Virus record (IMG/VR): IMGVR_UViG_3300029908_000008 | Origin: an uncultured virus (IMG/VR IMGVR_UViG_3300029908_000008) | Lineage: Duplodnaviria; Heunggongvirae; Uroviricota; Caudoviricetes | Length of the DNA: 64,000 bases | Strand: one strand, 5' to 3' | Part shown: positions 61,291 through 64,000 of the stretch, piece after piece | Layout of the letters: every line of letters begins with the position of its first letter | How positions within the stretch are numbered: position 1 is the first letter of the stretch | Position numbers and translations under genes: made by a program | Notes under the pieces: model-generated | What the model was told of the DNA's origin: nothing | The model's database searches: none | The model's input: only the letters and a program-made list of their open reading frames with translations

Positions 61291-62586
61291 TTAATGATGC
61301 CGATTAAAAAACCTTCCACGCTGAAATTCTGGTTGTCCAGAAGGTGGTCTAGAGCCATGACCATTGAATCTAGGTTCTGAAAACCCCGTACTTTGTACTG
61401 AATTTTGGTTCTGAATCTGCGGTGTATTTGGATTCCAATGTTGGTTTCTGTCTTGATTCCATTGTTGTACACCTGGTTTTTTTGCTGTGGACAATGGTGG
61501 TAAAGTTGATAAACTGACTGGTGTTTGTGACAAATGTGGTGCAAGGATACTGATATCATTAAATGCCATGAAAGAAGTTTTTGAATTTAAAACAATGCCA
61601 GAATTATTTGTAGATAATGATTGTTGAGAATATTTTTTATTATTAGTTTTTTTCTTTTGCGATTGTGCTTGTAGCCCGCCGCCGACAGGACCACCACCAA
61701 AACCTTGGCCACCAGCAGATGGTAAAGTTGGGTCTTGAAGACCACCTGCATTGTGAGGTACATTACTACCAACTGGAGATGCTGAAGATAAGCCTCCTGA
61801 TATTAATGAGGATTGTAGTGTTTTTAGATCCTTAATATTAGCAAATTGTTTATTTTTAGTAGTTAAAACTCCGTTCGGACCAACATCAAAAACAAATTTA
61901 TCTTGTCCGTCATTAAATGTGCCTTCTAAATGTCCCTTCACAATTTTACTAAAATCCATGGCAAATAAATTTTGATTAGGTACTAATGGTTTTAATTGCT
62001 TAGTATTACCATTCTTTACTATCTGTCCTGTTATCATAAAATTGCCTGTGAGTTGCATAACAAAAACTCTTTGAAATGGGTTTGTAGATTTACTAACTGA
62101 CTGACCTGACATAAGTTTCGGTTCAGAGATGATTTTGGTTATGACAGGAGTCAAAATTTGAATTGCGTCTTCTACTGAAAAACCTTGAGGTGGACTTGTG
62201 ATTAAATCTGGGCCTAAACCTGAATTTTGTACTGTTTTGCCAGGAGTAAATGCATCTGGTAAAGATTTCGCATTAGTTTTAGCATATAAATAAGCATAGA
62301 CTATATTGGTACAATCTTGATAAGATTTACTAGTGGTTTTATTATCTGAAAATAACTTGTTTACAGCGGTTTCTATACCTTTTTTAATTATATCGATACT
62401 AGGATTAGCAATAGGAGTTAAAGATGTGGGAACTGTTGATGTTAACGCATTTGTAGCACCTGCACCAATACCTGTAACTTGCGCTACTTTTTTCATTATA
62501 TTAGTTAATTCAGAAGCAGATTGATAATCTCCAATCTCATCAAGACTATTCGCTAATTTTTTTAATGAACTAAGAATTTTTCTCAT
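61291..62586 (-). CDS. large hypothetical protein with shared N-terminal leader (candidate internal virion protein)
   Basis: LKKLANSLDEIGDYQSASELTNIMKKVAQ; low-complexity C-terminus. Confidence 0.7.
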   Translation of the reverse strand: MRKILSSLKKLANSLDEIGDYQSASELTNIMKKVAQVTGIGAGATNALTSTVPTSLTPIANPSIDIIKKGIETAVNKLFSDNKTTSKSYQDCTNIVYAYLYAKTNAKSLPDAFTPGKTVQNSGLGPDLITSPPQGFSVEDAIQILTPVITKIISEPKLMSGQSVSKSTNPFQRVFVMQLTGNFMITGQIVKNGNTKQLKPLVPNQNLFAMDFSKIVKGHLEGTFNDGQDKFVFDVGPNGVLTTKNKQFANIKDLKTLQSSLISGGLSSASPVGSNVPHNAGGLQDPTLPSAGGQGFGGGPVGGGLQAQSQKKKTNNKKYSQQSLSTNNSGIVLNSKTSFMAFNDISILAPHLSQTPVSLSTLPPLSTAKKPGVQQWNQDRNQHWNPNTPQIQNQNSVQSTGFSEPRFNGHGSRPPSGQPEFQRGRFFNRHH

Positions 62587-62631
62587 TATAATCTTAAATT
62601 CTTAAAAATATAATTTATATCCTTGTTTATT

Positions 62632-63078
62632 TTAAACTGTATAATTCACGGGATGTATTGCTTTTAATTTTTCTGAAACATCACTAAAGTCGATACTACA
62701 GGATTGAGCAAAAATACCTGTATTATTAGCCAAAAATGGATGCACAGTGGATCTTTGAATAGTTGATCTTGATTGCGATTGTGGATCTTTTAATATTGAA
62801 AAAATATTTATAATTGGCAAGTTATTATTTTTCATAAATAAATAATCATACACCATATCTACAACTAATTGGTTGGAATTTTCTGGCATTCCATGGGTTT
62901 TTGCAATACTAATCGCTTCTTTAATAAGAGATAATATTGTTTTAGCCGTATTTACACGACTGACATCAGTGTAACTTTGTGGTGCTGTCGATGGCGCAGA
63001 AGATGAATTACCTGAATTAATTAATTGTTGTTTCGCCGTATCCACAAGCGATGTCTGCGCTTTTTTGAAATGTTTCAT
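62632..63078 (-). CDS. hypothetical protein, partly similar to 61291 gene
   Basis: IKEAI...MVYDYL versus IKKGI...IVYAYL. Confidence 0.65.
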   Translation of the reverse strand: MKHFKKAQTSLVDTAKQQLINSGNSSSAPSTAPQSYTDVSRVNTAKTILSLIKEAISIAKTHGMPENSNQLVVDMVYDYLFMKNNNLPIINIFSILKDPQSQSRSTIQRSTVHPFLANNTGIFAQSCSIDFSDVSEKLKAIHPVNYTV

Positions 63079-63104
63079 AATATATTTATTCTAATTAAAT
63101 TAGA

Positions 63105-63836
63105 TTATTCCTCTGAGTCATTGTCAAATCTATTTTTTATATTACTAAACACTTCATCCATCGAATACATGCGCTCCTCGCCAGATTCAATCCTTTTCAT
63201 TTGGTCTTTTAAATCTTCAAGTAAATCTAAAGAATCTGAAGGACTGCCATGAAAACTCATTTCGTACATGACACCTTGGATTATTTGATATAAAGTATAA
63301 GACTCTGTTGGATAATCATTATTACTAATTGTTTTATAATGTTTATCTGTAATATTAACATTTGCTGTAGCCTTTAATACTAAAGGCGTATTAGCATAAT
63401 TTTGCATAGGACTTAATCCAATGCCCCATTTAATAATATCGCCAGCCTTGTAATGAGCATCATCGAATTTAGCAATTCCTATACCATGAAATTCTGGCCA
63501 CCCTGGTACGTGTATCCCTTCATCATCAATACTGATATTCCAATATAATTCTAAATAATCTACATCATTTTCGCCATCTTTTTTTAGTTCTGGAGTTCCA
63601 TATAAAACTGCCGCAGTATATTCTCGTATCCATTGTCTAAAAATAATTTCAAAAATATCTATATTCTTTTCAATTAATAGAAATAGATCCTTTAAAACTA
63701 TATTGTCTAATGTGATATATTCGTTTAAAAATGAAGATGCAATGTCTGATAGTTCCTCAACATCATATTGTAAAGTATCCGTATTCCATTTTTTGTATTC
63801 CAGAAGCCCGCTAGGTTTTAAAATTAATTCTTTCAT
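63105..63836 (-). CDS. phage hypothetical protein
   Basis: 243 aa, YEMSFHGSP motif. Confidence 0.75.
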   Translation of the reverse strand: MKELILKPSGLLEYKKWNTDTLQYDVEELSDIASSFLNEYITLDNIVLKDLFLLIEKNIDIFEIIFRQWIREYTAAVLYGTPELKKDGENDVDYLELYWNISIDDEGIHVPGWPEFHGIGIAKFDDAHYKAGDIIKWGIGLSPMQNYANTPLVLKATANVNITDKHYKTISNNDYPTESYTLYQIIQGVMYEMSFHGSPSDSLDLLEDLKDQMKRIESGEERMYSMDEVFSNIKNRFDNDSEE

Positions 63837-63867
63837 AAGGCCATTATACTTTTTATTTTTATTGAGA
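63837..63867 (-). promoter_or_regulatory. conserved phage promoter motif
   Basis: CAATAAAAATAAAAAGTATAAT-GGCCTT-ATG. Confidence 0.75.
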
Positions 63868-63874
63868 AATTTAA

Positions 63875-64000
63875 TTAATGATAAACTTCATTAACGGCTT
63901 TTTTAGCAACTTCTAAATATGCTTTGTATGCTCCGGTTTTGTATACTGTCCAAGGGTGCCAGTATACACCGCCACGAGATTCTTTATATGCGGCTTCAGC
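63875..64000 (-). CDS. partial CDS (3' end), lysozyme/SLT-like domain
   Basis: WHPWTVYKTGAYKAYL. Confidence 0.55.
   Translation of the reverse strand, partial: AEAAYKESRGGVYWHPWTVYKTGAYKAYLEVAKKAVNEVYH

Noticed and set aside
2799..63894. Short antisense ORFs in the track (e.g. 2799, 5581, 22993, 24959, 51224, 52311, 52635, 63703)
   Set aside because: They overlap well-supported genes on the opposite strand and look like shadow frames.
1..64000. Genome-wide stop-codon reassignment (TAG or TGA)
   Set aside because: Coding density is already high in the standard code; TGA ends many genes through ATGA overlaps, TGG encodes Trp, and long genes lack in-frame TAG.

Overview
AT-rich, gene-dense segment of what looks like a large (jumbo) bacteriophage genome, mostly on the minus strand. 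Recognisable genes: two RNA ligases, PNKP, peptide deformylase, an RF1-like release factor interrupted by an in-frame TGA, ribosomal protein bS21, TrmH methyltransferase, ECF sigma factor, MoxR ATPase/VWA pair, ClpS, HesB, signal peptidase, GH25 lysozyme, ZIP transporter, glycosyltransferases and dNMP kinase. There is also a tRNA with a CUA (amber) anticodon. The dominant unexplained structure is a family of about 66 small ORFs plus several pseudogenes and solo remnants. They are highly divergent internally, mostly start with an FKIGD (KOW/SH3-like) motif, and end in a shared (C/K)P(E/K)YL(K) tail. The tail is encoded by a junction-spanning 20-30 bp DNA repeat (minus strand AATTGTCCAGAATATTTAAAACAATCATGA), and the genes sit head-to-tail in cassette-like arrays. 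A conserved AAAAATAAAAA(C/G)TATAAT promoter-like motif lies 5-9 nt before many start codons, suggesting leaderless mRNAs. All product calls are from motif recognition only; no database searches were run.
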